Shown here piece after piece: positions 40,551 to 53,724 of a stretch of DNA of 63,126 nucleotides. The stretch is from Rhina ancylostomus (Eukaryota): positions 6,680,267 through 6,743,392 of the forward strand of contig JARFYF010000068.1 in NCBI GenBank assembly GCA_030265395.1, in the 5' to 3' direction. The translations under genes and the position numbers were made by a program. The notes under the pieces are model-generated. The model was not told the DNA's origin, did no database searches, and worked only from the letters and a program-made list of their open reading frames with translations. The first letter of the stretch is position 1. Each line of letters starts with the position of its first letter.

Positions 40551-42479
40551 AGCACAAATATTTAGTGAATAAATTTCGATCTCAACAAGTTCGAAATTCA
40601 TCAGTGAAGTTGCGTTTTCACTTTTCCACAGAATTGTATCCAGAGACTGACGTACATATCTGGTAATTCAAATAACTATGCCAGGATAAAAACGCTGATT
40701 TTGCTGATGATTTACCTGCATTCTTTTCAATTAAATCTTTCCCAGAAATGTAATATTCCAATGACTTTTCTATCCCTCTGTTTGTATTATATACAAATTA
40801 AAAACTCGATAAAAATAATCTAATGTTATCCTGTCAGAAAATAATTTTGTGATGTAAGCCATATAGACTGCAAATGTAGACGGCAAAGGGTGCCACTTTT
40901 TCTGAGCAAAATGAAGGCATCCCGTCCTGAATTACTCAAAAAGGGTTAATGTTTCTGTTCAGTGTTAGAATCAAATGGAATGTCAAATGTACACGAACAC
41001 TTCTGTAAATAATGCATTAAAATATAAAGCCCTTTGTACTTTCACAAAGATGTGTGTCTGTGTGCGCGCGCGCGCGCTGTAATATAAATATATAAATAAT
41101 GAACAAATGTTTTTCTTCTGCATTCCCACTCAAATAATTAATGATTAATATTTTATAGGCAGCGTTATAATAAAAGAAATCCGCTGACCTTGACAAAAAC
41201 CAGACCAGCATGGGATGTCCTCTTTTATGGGAATATTGCATTTCCTCACGTCAATTGTTATAAAGGATATGTGAACGAGAAGTCTGGTGTCCATTCGCAG
41301 CGTCGTGATCAAGCAAGCTGAGCAGTCAAGCACGTTCAAAATGAGTATTGCTATTTTCAATTAGGTTTTAACCATTTTCCCAAGAAAGAAATAATTTTAT
41401 TACTTATCTGCGAGATTAAGATAGAAACTACGAATTATAACGAAACTTCAGAAAAGAAGAAGTCACAACATTCGGAAAGCATTACCGGCCATTTGATATG
41501 ATCATGCATTCAACCTGCACAACCCTCCAAAGTGGGATGTCCAGAGGATCGACGCCCTCAGCGTGAAGAACTTCCTACGTACGTCAGTTTAATATGCTAA
41601 CCAACCAATCCTGTAACTAATGTCCCCTCGTTCGAGATTCCCCACCAATGGAAGCACCTCTACGTCTATAATTTCACCTCCTCGCCCCCCGAAGATAGGA
41701 TATTTTTCAAAATAATATGTTATTTTTTTTGAGACACAGAGCTGCTTAAGCAGGAATTAAGGCATAATATACCATAAAATCCGCATTTACGTCTCAGTGA
41801 TTGTTTCTGTATATTGTTTTTAAACAGATGGAATAGAATTTCATATAAAACCTCTGACTGTACCAGAGAATGCTGCGACAGTACAGCATGCAGAGGAACA
41901 TGGAATTGGTAACGATTTCACAATCTGAGTTTTTAACTATGGACAGTCAGCAAGTTGCTGGTGGCTTCCTGTGTTATCTTATTGAAATACTACAACTTTA
42001 TCATTTCCATGCGAAATAGTGGCATACATAAAAACTAGTTTTGCAATGAAACAAGTTAAGATTGCAGGTATTGATAAATAATTGTGAATCAATAATTGAA
42101 AGAATAAATAACAATGACAGTTGCATCGATGTTATATGATATTACCTGAGTAGTTTGTTCCTTTGTTTCATTCAAGGAAACAAACAGAGATCAGATGTGA
42201 ATATCACAATCAACATTTCCAACCAACCCAAATATTTTATTCAAATGAAGAGAAACTGGTTCAGGTAAAACAATATGTGAATGGTAATATTGTGGCGCAT
42301 TTAGCAGTTAGAAAGAAAGGTGGTATACAGTAGCGTAACACACAAAAAGCTGCAGTAACTCATCTGGCCAGACAGCATCTATGGAAGGAAATGGACAGCC
42401 GAAATTTTGTGTCGGACCCCTTCATTCAAGGGAGACTATAACGGGATGAGGGAGGAGTTAAAAGTAAGGACAGCAAGGG

Positions 42480-44392
42480 CGGTGAAAACCAACCTTGGAC
42501 AGCTAAGGAAATAAAAGAAGGCATAAATCTAAAACCTCATGCATACAAAGTCACCAAGAGTCGTGGGAAACCGGAAGACGGGAAACTGTAAAAAAAAACA
42601 AAGAACCACTAAGCACACAATAAGGAAATAAAAGATAGATTATGAAAGTCAACTAGAACAACATATAAAAACAGATAGTAAAACTTTCATAATTATATAA
42701 AGCGGAAAAAGGAGGCTAAAGTGAACGGAGGTCCCTTGCATGATGACAAGGGGGAATTAATATTGGGTAATGTGGAAATAGCCGAGGCCTTTAACAGCTA
42801 ATTTCTGTCGTTCTTCACGGAGGAGGATACGTCTAACATGCCAAAGAGTGATGCGATGCGAGGCGAGGACCTCGATACAATCGCTGTTACTAAAGAGGCA
42901 GTGATGAGCACACTAGTGTATCAAAAGTTAGACTGGTCCTGATGGGATGCATAGCAGGGTACTGACGGAAATGGCAGAAGTCATAGTAAAGGCGATTTGG
43001 ATAATTTACCAAAATTCCGTGGACTCTGGGCAAGCCCTGGAGGACTGGAAGACAGTGAATTTCCAGCCACTATTTAAAAAGAGGATGCAGGCAAAAGGCA
43101 GGAAACCATAGGCTAGTTATTTGAATTTCTGTAGTCTGGACAATGATTGACGCTATCATTAAGGAAGAAATAGCAAGGCATCTCGACAGAAGTGTTTCTA
43201 TCAGGCAGACCAGCATGGATTCAGGAAGGGCAGGTCCTGTTTGACAAATTTAGTGGAGTTCCTTGAGGATATAATGATCGTAGTGGACAGAGGGGAACAG
43301 GTGGATGTTGTATACTTAGATTTCCGGAAGATAAGATGCCGTATAAAAGACTTTTTCATAAGATAAGGATACATGGAGTTGTGGTAATATATTAGCCTGG
43401 ATAGTGGATTGTTTAACCAATAGAAGGCAGAGAGTTGGGATAAATAGATGTTTCTCTGGTTGGTAATCAGTGGTGAGCTGGGTGTCGCAGGGGTCGGTGC
43501 TGGGCCCGCAACTGTTTCCGATATACATTAATGATTAGGAAGAGCGAACCGAGTGTAGCATATCTAAATTGTCTGAGGAAACTGAATTGAGTGTAAAAGT
43601 AAATTGTGCAAAGGAAGCAGAAAGTCTGCAGGAAGATATAGATAGGTTAAGTGAGTGGGCGAGGGTCTGGAAGCTGAAGTACATGTTGATAAATGCGAGG
43701 TTATCCACTTTGGAAGGAAAATACAAATTCAGATTATTACTTAAATGGTCAAAGATTGCAGCATGCTGCTCTGCAGAGGGACTTGGCAGTGCTTGTGCAT
43801 GAATCGCTAATAGTTGGTTTCTAGGTGCATGGCTTATCAAGAAGGCAAGTTGAATGTTGGTCTTCATTACAAGAGGGGTTGAATTTAAGAGCAGGGAGAT
43901 TATGCTGGAACTGTACAGGGTACTGGTGAGGCCGCACCTGGATTGCTGTGTGCAATTCTGATCTCCTTACTTGAGTAAAGTTGGAGGCGGTGCAGAGGAG
44001 GTTCACCAGGTTCATTCCGGAGATGAGGGGGTTAGCCTATGAGGACAGATTGAGTCACCTGGGACTATATTCACTGGAATTCAGAAGAATGAGAGGAGAT
44101 CTTATAGAAATATATAACATTATGAAAGGGACAGAGAAGATAATTCAGGAAGGTAGCTTCCACTGGTAACTGAGACTAGAACGAGGGGACATAGCCTCAA
44201 TATTCGGGCGAGCAGATTTAGGATGGAGATAAGGAGGAACTGATTTTCCCACACTGTAGATATTTTTTGCATAGTAGTGGAATCAAAGGTTATGGGGAAA
44301 GGCAGGTGGGTGGAGATGAGATTAGTCTTCATCTTATTGAATGGTGGAGGCTCGACGGCCCAACTCCTGCCCCCTTTTTTATGTTCTTATGT
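42480..44392 (+). mobile_element. 5'-truncated CR1 LINE (ORF2 RT through the 3' tail)
   Basis: QHGFRKGRSCLTNL, QGSVLGPQLF and EAVQRRFTRFIPEMRGLAYEDRL motifs, with a tail ending tatgttcttatg. Confidence 0.95.
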
Positions 44393-44953
44393 GAAAAGGA
44401 CTGATCAGGTTGATTGCCTTTCATTAATGCAACATGAAATGTAATAAAAGATGATGATGATGCAAATCTGAAATTTATAAAAGACATAAATTCTGTAATG
44501 ACCCAGGAGATTAGGCAATATCAGTGGAAAGATAAACAGTTANNNNNNNNNNNNNNNNNNNNNNNNNNNNNNNNNNNNNNNNNNNNNNNNNNNNNNNNNN
44601 NNNNNNNNNNNNNNNNNNNNNNNNNNNNNNNNNNNNNNNNNNGAGATTAGGCACTATCATTGGAAAGATAAACAGTTAACGCTTAAGATCTAATGCCTCT
44701 CCCTGTTCTAATGCTATTGATAAATACATGTCGTTACAAGTTAAGCAAGAAAAAGCAAACAACGAAGGAAATGTTGCTAGATCTGATTGTTGGAAATGAG
44801 GTCGATTAACAGCGTTAACTTTCAATTCAGGAGTACTTAGTAGGTGGTAATCAAGGCGTAATAAAATGTAATATCAGTGTGGGATTATTCGTTTAACGGT
44901 TGGATTCAAGCTGATTCAAGTGGTATCAGATTGATTTCAATAGAAAGGCCTAC

Positions 44954-45170
44954 AAACAATTTCGACTTCGAAGTCAAGCTATTTCACTGACTACAATCTC
45001 GAAATTTACGTATAGGGATGCAGGTGCAAATTCTGGAGGGAATTTCATATAAAATGGCGAAGACAAGTTTGTATTCCTCGATAACCAGTTAATCCGTAAT
45101 ATTTCTTTTTGAGTGCAACTTTTCCACATTCTTAGTAACTGATACTGCATTCGTTCTGATCGTTGATGCC
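44954..45170 (-). pseudogene. Beta-region exon
   Basis: Acceptor atttggcag. Matches ORF 44974-45177 (HQRSERMQYQLLRMWKSC...). Confidence 0.45.
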
Positions 45171-45290
45171 CTGCCAAATATCTGAAGCTTCTTTTTTGTA
45201 TTTTCAGTTAAATTGTTAACAAAGAAATGAAGTGCTTCACTTTACAGTCCGTCCATGCGCAGCCTTGTTCAATACGTTCTTGCATCTTAC

Positions 45291-45308
45291 CTGGGTAGGA
45301 TTTGCCTT
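45291..45308 (-). pseudogene. 18-nt micro-exon
   Basis: ttgtttatatttcacag|AAGGCAAATCCTACCCAG|gtaaga. Confidence 0.6.
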
Positions 45309-45529
45309 CTGTGAAATATAAACAATTGAGAAAGAATGAAATGGAGTATAGAATATATTCGACTACATAAAATTAAATCTACATGTTAGCATTTTTCCAT
45401 TGTGATATTGTAAGATAATTCAGGGAGAAGATCAAAATAACGTACCAAAACAATAGACAAAAACGAAAGGCAAAGCTTTAAGACGTATTAAATAGAAACA
45501 GTTCTTTCACGGATATAAACGCCTAAAAC

Positions 45530-45710
45530 AACATGAAAAACACGATGATGATGGAGAAACTCAGCAGACCAGGTCGCATCCGTGGACAAAAGCAGACGGT
45601 CAACGTTTCGGGTCAGGACCCTTCTTCAGGACAACTCCATGATGCTGGAGGAACTCAGCAGCGCTAACACCTAGATTACAGCATCTGGAGTCCTTTGTTT
45701 CTCTGAAAAT
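45530..45710 (-). mobile_element. Penelope-like element terminal fragment(s)
   Basis: gatggagaaactcagcag...caacgtttcgggtcaggacccttcttcagg, followed by a second gatgctggaggaactcagcag. Confidence 0.65.
45599..45632 (-). ncRNA. Minimal type I hammerhead ribozyme motif
   Basis: The minus strand reads GUC CUGAAGA A GGGUC-CU-GACCC GAAAC GUU GAC. This gives the CUGANGA and GAAA core, a closed stem II, stem I GUC/GAC and a palindromic stem III. Confidence 0.6.
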
Positions 45711-46100
45711 AACGTTGGTTTTATCGTGTTTCTCAAAATAAATGCGTATTCTCTCGTTATCAAACAACGACCAACACATCTTTCCAATTTTGTCTTCCAG
45801 GACGCATTGACATATGAATAATAATTTCAGAAGCATTAGTTAATGAGATTTTAGTGGAAATCTTTAAGTTCGAATTTCAGTCCATAACTACAATGCACCA
45901 ATTTAAACAACTACTCAGGCCCTTGCTGACGTGTGCAAATCATACTACCACGTTTCTAAGATTTGAGCAATTTTAGGACATTGGCCTCATTATCAGCATT
46001 ACTGGCAAGGCACCTTTAAAGGACCAACACTTCAATTATAATTGCAATTTTCATGACGTCTCATAGAGGCAACTGCCTCAGCGTTTTGCCTAATACTTAC

Positions 46101-46166
46101 CTTTCAAATGGCACTGGTCGATATCTAAAGCAATTTATCGGACTATAGCTTGCGTAAGGAGTCATC
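46101..46166 (-). pseudogene. 66-nt exon (stops)
   Basis: Donor aag|gtaagt. Reads LLTQAIVR*IALDIDQCHLK. Confidence 0.4.
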
Positions 46167-47109
46167 CTGACACATGCTATACTCGTCCTCCTCCAAAATA
46201 TGCAAGGAGGTATAACAGTACATTTCAGAAAAGTCCACTTTTAGTGCCGTCTTCACAGAAATTGAACCCATCTTTGTCCTCCCGATGGATCCGATAATAT
46301 TTTAGGGATAATAGATGTACAATTCTCAGTTCAATTTTCCCGCACATGGGCGTGTATTTCCTCCATAGTTCCCATGCAGAGGAAAGAAAAAAGACATAAT
46401 TCACCAGAAATTTAGCTTCAAACTTTTAAATGAGTATTCTTAATAATACTCATTATTGTACAGAGTAATATGCAAAGTAATAATGCAGAGTACTCACGAT
46501 ATTTTGAGAATACAAAATTGAATATACTGCTCTAACAACTATCCACAGGGCTGCCCTTGAACACTCTACGCAAAAGATGCATTTCACTGTGTGTTTCGAT
46601 GAACATGTGACGAATAAAGATCTTACCTTAGCTGATCTTATCCACCCATTTCATTTTATGCGTTATTACAGCCAGTATAATGAAGCAAGTAGACTTATTA
46701 ATTCTAACTAAATAAACTAGTTGCCAATAATTCAATGCTCTCGCAATTAATTAATGCACATGAAGTGTATGCAATGGTAACTCTGATGAATGTGAAATAG
46801 ATTTTCAAGGACCATAGACAATGCAATTATAAAAAAGAACACTGCCTGCTATTAGCTGAAATTAAATATACTCTTATTAATTTACATGGCGACTTTATCC
46901 TAAAACATTACTGCATATGCCCTGCATGTTCATCACTACTTCCCCTCAGAAAAATTAGCTGCTTATTAATCTTGTCTTAATACTTGATAGTCAGCCACAA
47001 GAAACAATAGAAAATGCATCAAGAAGGACATAATGTAATCTTTTTTCCGTTGTAATAGATGTGATACTGACGCACAGTTTTAATTCAATAGAATGGATCA
47101 ATGTCTTAC

Positions 47110-47145
47110 CACCATCTGAAACCTTTAACTTCAGGATTTCAATCT
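47110..47145 (-). pseudogene. 36-nt micro-exon
   Basis: ttttttcaacag|xIEILKLKVSDG|gtaaga, phase 1-1. Confidence 0.65.
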
Positions 47146-47753
47146 CTGTTGAAAAAAAATTACACAACGTCAGACCATTCCATTGATATCGCTCAAATAC
47201 GTGCGACGTACACTTTTGAAGGATAAATATTTAAATTCTCAATAAAGGAGTTTTGAGCTTCAACAAAACTCTTTATTGCGTAGGCCATCCGTTATACGCA
47301 CATTTTCCAAGAGCTATTTTCCCCCGTTTAAGATCATGCACTGGAATCAAGCAGAAACTTGAGCAATAGACGTGCGGAAATTAATGTTACTTCTTGGACA
47401 ATCACTTGGTTTCAACGAGCATAAAATTCTAATGCAGTTGTTATGGATCAATCAGCAATGTCACAAAGCACAACAATGTTTTCGTTGCACTGAATACGAT
47501 GATCAAAATAAACTAGAATGCTTTTTCATGCGACACAATACATTTTGGTGAAATTTTATGCGTATTGTAAAACGCATTTTGCTTATCTGATACTGATGTT
47601 GACTAGCTATTTAATCATATAAATCATTTAGTTTCTCATACGGTATTATCTGTTTGCTCTCTATTGGACATTTATTAAAATTCCATATCTTCTGAAATAA
47701 AATGTCGTTAAGAATTTTATGATATTTATTAACAGTTCTTCTGTCCAAATTAC

Positions 47754-47780
47754 CTATATCTTTTGCCAGCATCTGTTTCA
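47754..47780 (-). pseudogene. 27-nt micro-exon (KD-x family)
   Basis: ttttttcattcttacag|xKQMLAKDI|gtaatt. Confidence 0.65.
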
Positions 47781-48731
47781 CTGTAAGAATGAAAAAATAT
47801 CGATATTAATGCCCCATTATTACCTCTGATCTCACCACATTTATTCAATCGAAGTAATCGATTGTGTCAGGAAAGGGAATTTATTCTCGATATGAACGAT
47901 TTTGAAGTTATTTTAACATCTGCGGAAAGGAATGAATAAAGACAATAGATCTTCAAAAATATCTGAAATTAACTATGGTTGGACACTATCATCAAAACTG
48001 AGAATGAATCCAATAAAGTAGACGCAATTAAGCAGCCATCACCGGTGCCTTAAATTTTAGACGATATCTTTAAGCAAACCATGCTACATGGAACAAAGAT
48101 TTCTGGATGGACCAATAAGGCCAATTGACAGCAGGGCTTTTCAAATAATAAAAGTTTTGAGTACCCACTGAAAGATTGAGGGGATAAATGTGGAATCATC
48201 AGCCAAAACATTGCAATCTACACTACAAATTACACAAATGAAAGCAAAGAAAACGACATTGAGGGTTCCATCACAAAAGACTAATGTATGATAAGCCCAC
48301 ATTTTATTCTGTCATTACACCTGTGCACCGATGAAGTTAAAGCTTATAGGCAGAAAATTGATATTACTATCCGCGCTACAGTGAGGAGGAAAATGGTCCC
48401 CACCCACACCCACCATCACCTAGAGTGTGTATTGAAAGAACACATACAGCAGGTGAGTTTAAGAACACGAATTACTGTTCAGATGAACTACTTAGCAATT
48501 TGCCGTAGGGCTGACTACTCAAACTGGAAGCTGACAACTTATTCTTCGGTTTGATTTTATTACCCCAGCGAGGTTTAATTTCAGCCCCTTGACATTTCAC
48601 TATATTCAAATAATTTTCCTCCAATATTCTGCACTCAGGACCCACATGCATGGATCTATTCGTCGGGAACCTAATTGCTCTAAGGCGCGCCTCAAGCCGG
48701 GTAAATCTGAATTTGTTTTACAACAGCCAGG

Positions 48732-49166
48732 TTGTACAAATTTGGATTGCTTTCTCTGAAGCATCGGAGGCTGAGAGGCGACCTGATTGAAGTATTCCAA
48801 GCAATGAATCGCAGAGTTGTGGGACTTTCTAGGAGTCTTTCTCCGAAGGTGGAAATGTCACAAACTCGAGGACATAACTTTAAGAAGAGAGGGGTAAAGT
48901 TTAAAGGAGATTTTCCAGGCAAATTTTATTTTTACAGAGAGGTAGTTGCCTGGAGCGCGCAGCCATTGGAGTTGTTGGAAGCAGATACGACAGTAATGTT
49001 TAAAAGGCATTTCGACAGGCTCATAAACAGGCGGGGCATGGAGGAATACAACCGATGTGCAAGCAGATGAGATTTTTTCTAAATTGTCATCAGGGTGGCA
49101 CAGACATTGTCGGTCAAAGGGCCTGTTCCTGTCCTGTCCTGTCCTGTTCTATGTTCTTTGTTCTAT
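48732..49166 (+). mobile_element. CR1 3' end
   Basis: ORF reads GLLSLKHRRLRGDLIEVF...TRGHNFK, with a tail gttctatgttctttgttctatg. Confidence 0.92.
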
Positions 49167-50204
49167 GACACATAAAACCATTGACTTAAAGAGACGTTAG
49201 ACTTACCGACGATATTTCTGACGCTCTTATGTCGTTCAATCGTTCGTATTTTATCCCAATTTAATGTTTTGAGAACACTACGAGCTATTGTAAAATAACC
49301 TTAATTACGGTTTCATTTAACATGACTTCTGGGAAAGAAGAATGTTCTAGCTTTCTTAATTCTTTTGACCATGATTACGACAGTCAAGTAATCATAAATG
49401 TTGGGGACAATATCAAAATAAAGCAGACTGCTGGAAACACACGAAAATGTACTGCAAATAATCATTTCCCTGACATGTAATTCGAATTGTTATGAATACT
49501 GATCTCGAAATAAAAGCGTTTATATCATGAATTCTGTACTCACTGCTCTCCGCTATAAGTTTTTCCAAATCTAAAAATGAATGGTGAAAAGAAATAAGTT
49601 AAAATCGAGTTACCTGACCGACCAAGAAGCATGCTAGACATGCACAGGGACAGCTCAATATTCAGGAAGAAAAGCAGCATTTTTATGTGCGTTTACATAC
49701 ACGATGAGCTTTTGTTTATTTACAACACATACAAGTATTAGGATGAAACTTCTCAAATTAAAGAGGCAAGTTTTTCCAATTTATTTAGGACTTAACAGTT
49801 GGAGAGAATTGGAGAACGACTGGATTGTGAGTCAGGAGTGATTCAGATCAGACACGCTTCAACGTGAATGTAATTCTACTGAAAGTCAGGAAGTCATAAA
49901 TCTTGGATTGCCTGCGGGTATACCTGTTTTATTCACATTATTAGTTATCACCTACAGTATATTAATGTTAAAAAGCGTGCATATTTTAGATTCAGGAGAA
50001 TGAGTATTGTTTATTTTATGTTTCCTCGAAATCAGGAAATTATCGGGGTATCTGTGGACACATTTAAGTCAATGTGCGAAAGATTCTGAGAAAATTATTC
50101 ACTTGATAAAATAAAACGCATACAATGTTTTAAACTCGATAAAAAGTTCGATGGGATGGTGCTGTTATTGGTGTGGAAGAAATTTTCTGTGTGTCGACGC
50201 TTGC

Positions 50205-50377
50205 TTCCATCAAGAATTGTAATCGTTTCTACCCCTTATCTGCCAAGCATAAATCTAAAACAAGAACTGAAATTTCTCGAAACACTCAGAAGTCCGGCAC
50301 GAATCTATGGAGAAAGAAGCAGAGTCAAGTTTCATGTCAGCGCGACTTCCACAGCTTCTAGCATTTCCTGGTTCCTT
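50205..50377 (-). pseudogene. Beta-region exon (3 stops)
   Basis: ttctttag|RNQEMLEAVEVALT*NLTLLLSP*IRAGLLSVSRNFSS... Confidence 0.45.
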
Positions 50378-51632
50378 CTAAAGAATTCAAGAATTTGATG
50401 TTTTATGCATAGGCGCCAAAAAAAAATGATCAGTCGAACCCGTTCAAATTATTCTCAAAAGAAGCAAAAGGGAAGATTTTACAATTCGGAATTGCAAAAC
50501 ATCATTAGGTTTTGTTTGGAATCATACATTTAAAACAGATTAGGAGACAAGCCATGCTTAACATTAGTTAATTGACAACATGGTCCAGGACCTTGCACTA
50601 CAAATGAGAAACAAAATTAAAATGTTTTTTTACAGAGGTAACTGATGTTCCCAAAGGTGTTAAGAATCACTTTAACCCAGAATGCAAATCGATGCTTTGG
50701 ACTTTGCAAGGGGTCATACGCTGAAAATATCAAAGCTGGGTGAATGTGTAAATTTGTCATCGTGAAAAATGGTGTGCGCCTACAGTGCACAACCCAGATT
50801 TACAGTAGCACTCGTGCTCTGTGGAAACCGAAAATTCACGCAATGAAAACAGATTTGAAATTCACACAGCGGACAAAAGAATAACCTTCATGCCGACAGC
50901 ACAGGCGATCAGCATGAAGATGTACTGAGATTGAAATCGACCCTTCGGTCAACAATTGGCGTCTGGGCCACAAAGAAACGCCAATGGAACTGCACTTCGA
51001 AGACACATCCCACTTATTTTGCGTAACATAGATTATACTTTAAAATGCCTTTTTTGAAGTGTAAAACAACAAAAAACGAATTTGACAATTAGTTGAAGGT
51101 AAGTTAATTTGTACTTTTTACTGTCCCTACTGCCCGTCTTCTCCACAAAAAAATGTCTTGATCGGCTAGGCTTTGCTCAACTTAATCAGGTCCACCTCCT
51201 TCCGAACAGGGTCCCTAACGTATTAAGTAGATAATAGCACCAAATTCTCCCGTTTTCCATGATAACGAAGGGACTAATTTCTGAGCAGAAGCAAAGAAAA
51301 ATATTACAGCAGAACTTTCGAGACGTTTGCATCTTTGAAGTAACGTTTGAAATGAAGCAATAGAATTAAGTATTCCCTTAATCTACATGTTCAGTGTTTA
51401 TCATCCTTTACGCTTGCAACAATAAATACTAGTACGATTGTCTTTCTTTACCTGCATTTTTTTCCATCAGCGCGTCTTTATGGGGCAAAAAACAAAGCAC
51501 AGTTGTTAATAAGTTGAAATTAATATCGTTAATCTGTAAAAATCGGATCACATAAACCCAAAGAAATTTTAAACTAATAGTGATTCTGGATATCTCTGTT
51601 TTGGGTAGATGTTTCGTATTCCAGAACCATAC

Positions 51633-51685
51633 CTGTTGTCAGAGACGTTCTTGACATATTGTCACAACTCAAGTTGTCTGTTACA
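51633..51685 (-). pseudogene. Exon with the first Cys of a C...G-L-x-x-C-like motif
   Basis: gttttttag|VTDNLSCDNMSRTSLTT|gtatgg. The next segment (about 51125-51255) reads GRIWCYY...FFVEKT. Confidence 0.55.
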
Positions 51686-52899
51686 CTAAAAAACTAAATA
51701 TTGGTGTCTGTTTTCCTTTATGTTGTCCCCTCGCTGATGAGCCAGTGCAGATTTAGCCGGTTTAAGACACAGCAGTACCTGATCATTCTTGCAGGCCAGT
51801 ATGTGGAATTTCAAATAAAACTCATGTTCCATTCAATTGGATTCACAACGTAGAAAATGATAGAAAGAGGAAATGAAATTTATTGATCTGAAAATCATAC
51901 TAAACCGGCAAGCATTATGCCCGGACTATTTCTAAAGTTCCTAAAGTCGCACTTCGGGATTTTTGTAGCTTAATGCTGATGTAAAATTCGTACAAAGTAT
52001 TTGCCAACTAATTTCAGCTTTGTTTTGTTTGCGAATTACTTTAATGATTAATACAGTTGTTATCATTCTGTACAGATCAAGCAACTGGCAGCATTCACAG
52101 ACTAAAACGCACTTCGAAAAAGAGAAGTCCAATCACTAGCGTATGTCTTGTTCAATGTACCTATTAAAAGTGGTCTTATTCGATGTTTAGCTTGCATGTT
52201 TTATTGTGGCATGGATGGTGAGGGGCAGGACCACTTTTAAGAAATGAAATTTTGCATCACCAATTTTAATCTCACCAAATATTATTTTCACGCAACTTCA
52301 CCATCTCTCGTTATACAGTATGGTTTGAATCCGGATGTCCAGGAAGGTGGTATGCTTATTTTCTAACATCTCTGTGCATCACTGTGCTCTTGTTTAATGG
52401 TTATCTTAAGAAATTATTTTGTGTTTCTCAAGATTCACGAGTTGAAAATCGCACCAGTAAAGGTAATACCTACTTAATACAGCCTTTTATTCACACTTGA
52501 AATAAATATATTACCAAAACTAGAAAATTCTCAGAGAATGCGATGAAGATCTACTACTCTGATATCGTAAACTAATTCCAAGGTGCCATTTCTTGTTGGT
52601 GAAAGATGTTACGGATATCCCATTTAAAAGGGAAAACTGGATCTGGCAGTGATGAGGTTATATCAGACTGTTCATTATTATAGACTCATTTAGGATTATG
52701 ACGCATGAACTGTCCGATGAAAGAAAATGGCATTTATGATTAATGTAATCTATAAACAGAACCAGGAAGAGCAAAATACAACACCAGACTTTCCCGTAGA
52801 TGATCTAAGGGATTCATGTTATTTCATGAGCTATTGAGGACCAGGTAACAGCGTTATCTGGTTTATATTTCAAAAGATCATTCTGATGTTTGTACTTGC

Positions 52900-53061
52900 T
52901 TTTCAGATAGTGAATCCGCAAAACGATCTTTAAGTAGAGGGACAGAACGACCATAAAAGCAAAACGGGACGCCAGAAAATAAATATACCAAACATAACAA
53001 CGCCTTGTTTATCCGTGATGAACAATCAAAAGAATAACAACACATAGGCAGGCACTTTAAA
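52900..53061 (-). pseudogene. DUF1943-like exon with a P-T-x-x-G-L-P-L-like motif
   Basis: ttctttttctgtatag|LKCLPMCCYSFDCSSRINKALLCLVYLFSGVPFCFYGRSVPLLKDRFADSLSE. Confidence 0.6.
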
Positions 53062-53688
53062 CTATACAGAAAAAGAATGCAGTTTCTAAAACCTAGTTTA
53101 TCAAAACTCATATCAATAAACCAAATAATCGCAGACATTTACTATGAATAAATTGTAAAAAAAAATGGTGCATTCCGACAGCAAAGGCCTTTGGTTCTAA
53201 ACAAAGAGGAGCTATACCTAGTAAGACATTAAACGTATACAGAACCGATAGTTCTTCGTTTTGTTCTTGATATATCGACTCTCTAGAGCATATATCCACA
53301 GTGGAAGCCTATTTCTCCTTATCTATTGCACGTTGCTGGACTAATTTTAGTTACACCCAACATTTGTGGCACTCGAAATGAATCTCCAAACATCTTGTTT
53401 TTATTTCATGGACTTGGTATGCCGCTTTCAGCTCTTTGGTACGGTGGGAGTGAGGGAGGGTTGGAGCGCCTGGGCGTGGTTCTTGGCATATTATACATTG
53501 ACTCTATTAATATGAAACTATAATATGCACCGTATTCTGTCCAAAAATTTATACAAAAAACGTAACATAGAATTTGCTTGAAATAGAAAGCAAAAATATC
53601 GCGTTCTAAAAGTTTTGACAAACGCTCTCAGAGTTGATAGAATGCCTTTTTGCACAGCGGGCCTGTACATTTCGAATCAGTGTCTCAC

Positions 53689-53724
53689 CATTATCAGCAA
53701 GTGCTTTTTTCAGCCTTTCATTGT
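53689..53724 (-). pseudogene. 36-nt exon
   Basis: ttctttccttggaatag|NERLKKALADN|gtgaga, phase 1-1 and open. Confidence 0.55.

Noticed and set aside
46429-46454. 10-bp perfect hairpin AATGAGTATT...AATACTCATT
   Set aside because: It is short, AT-rich and has no supporting context.
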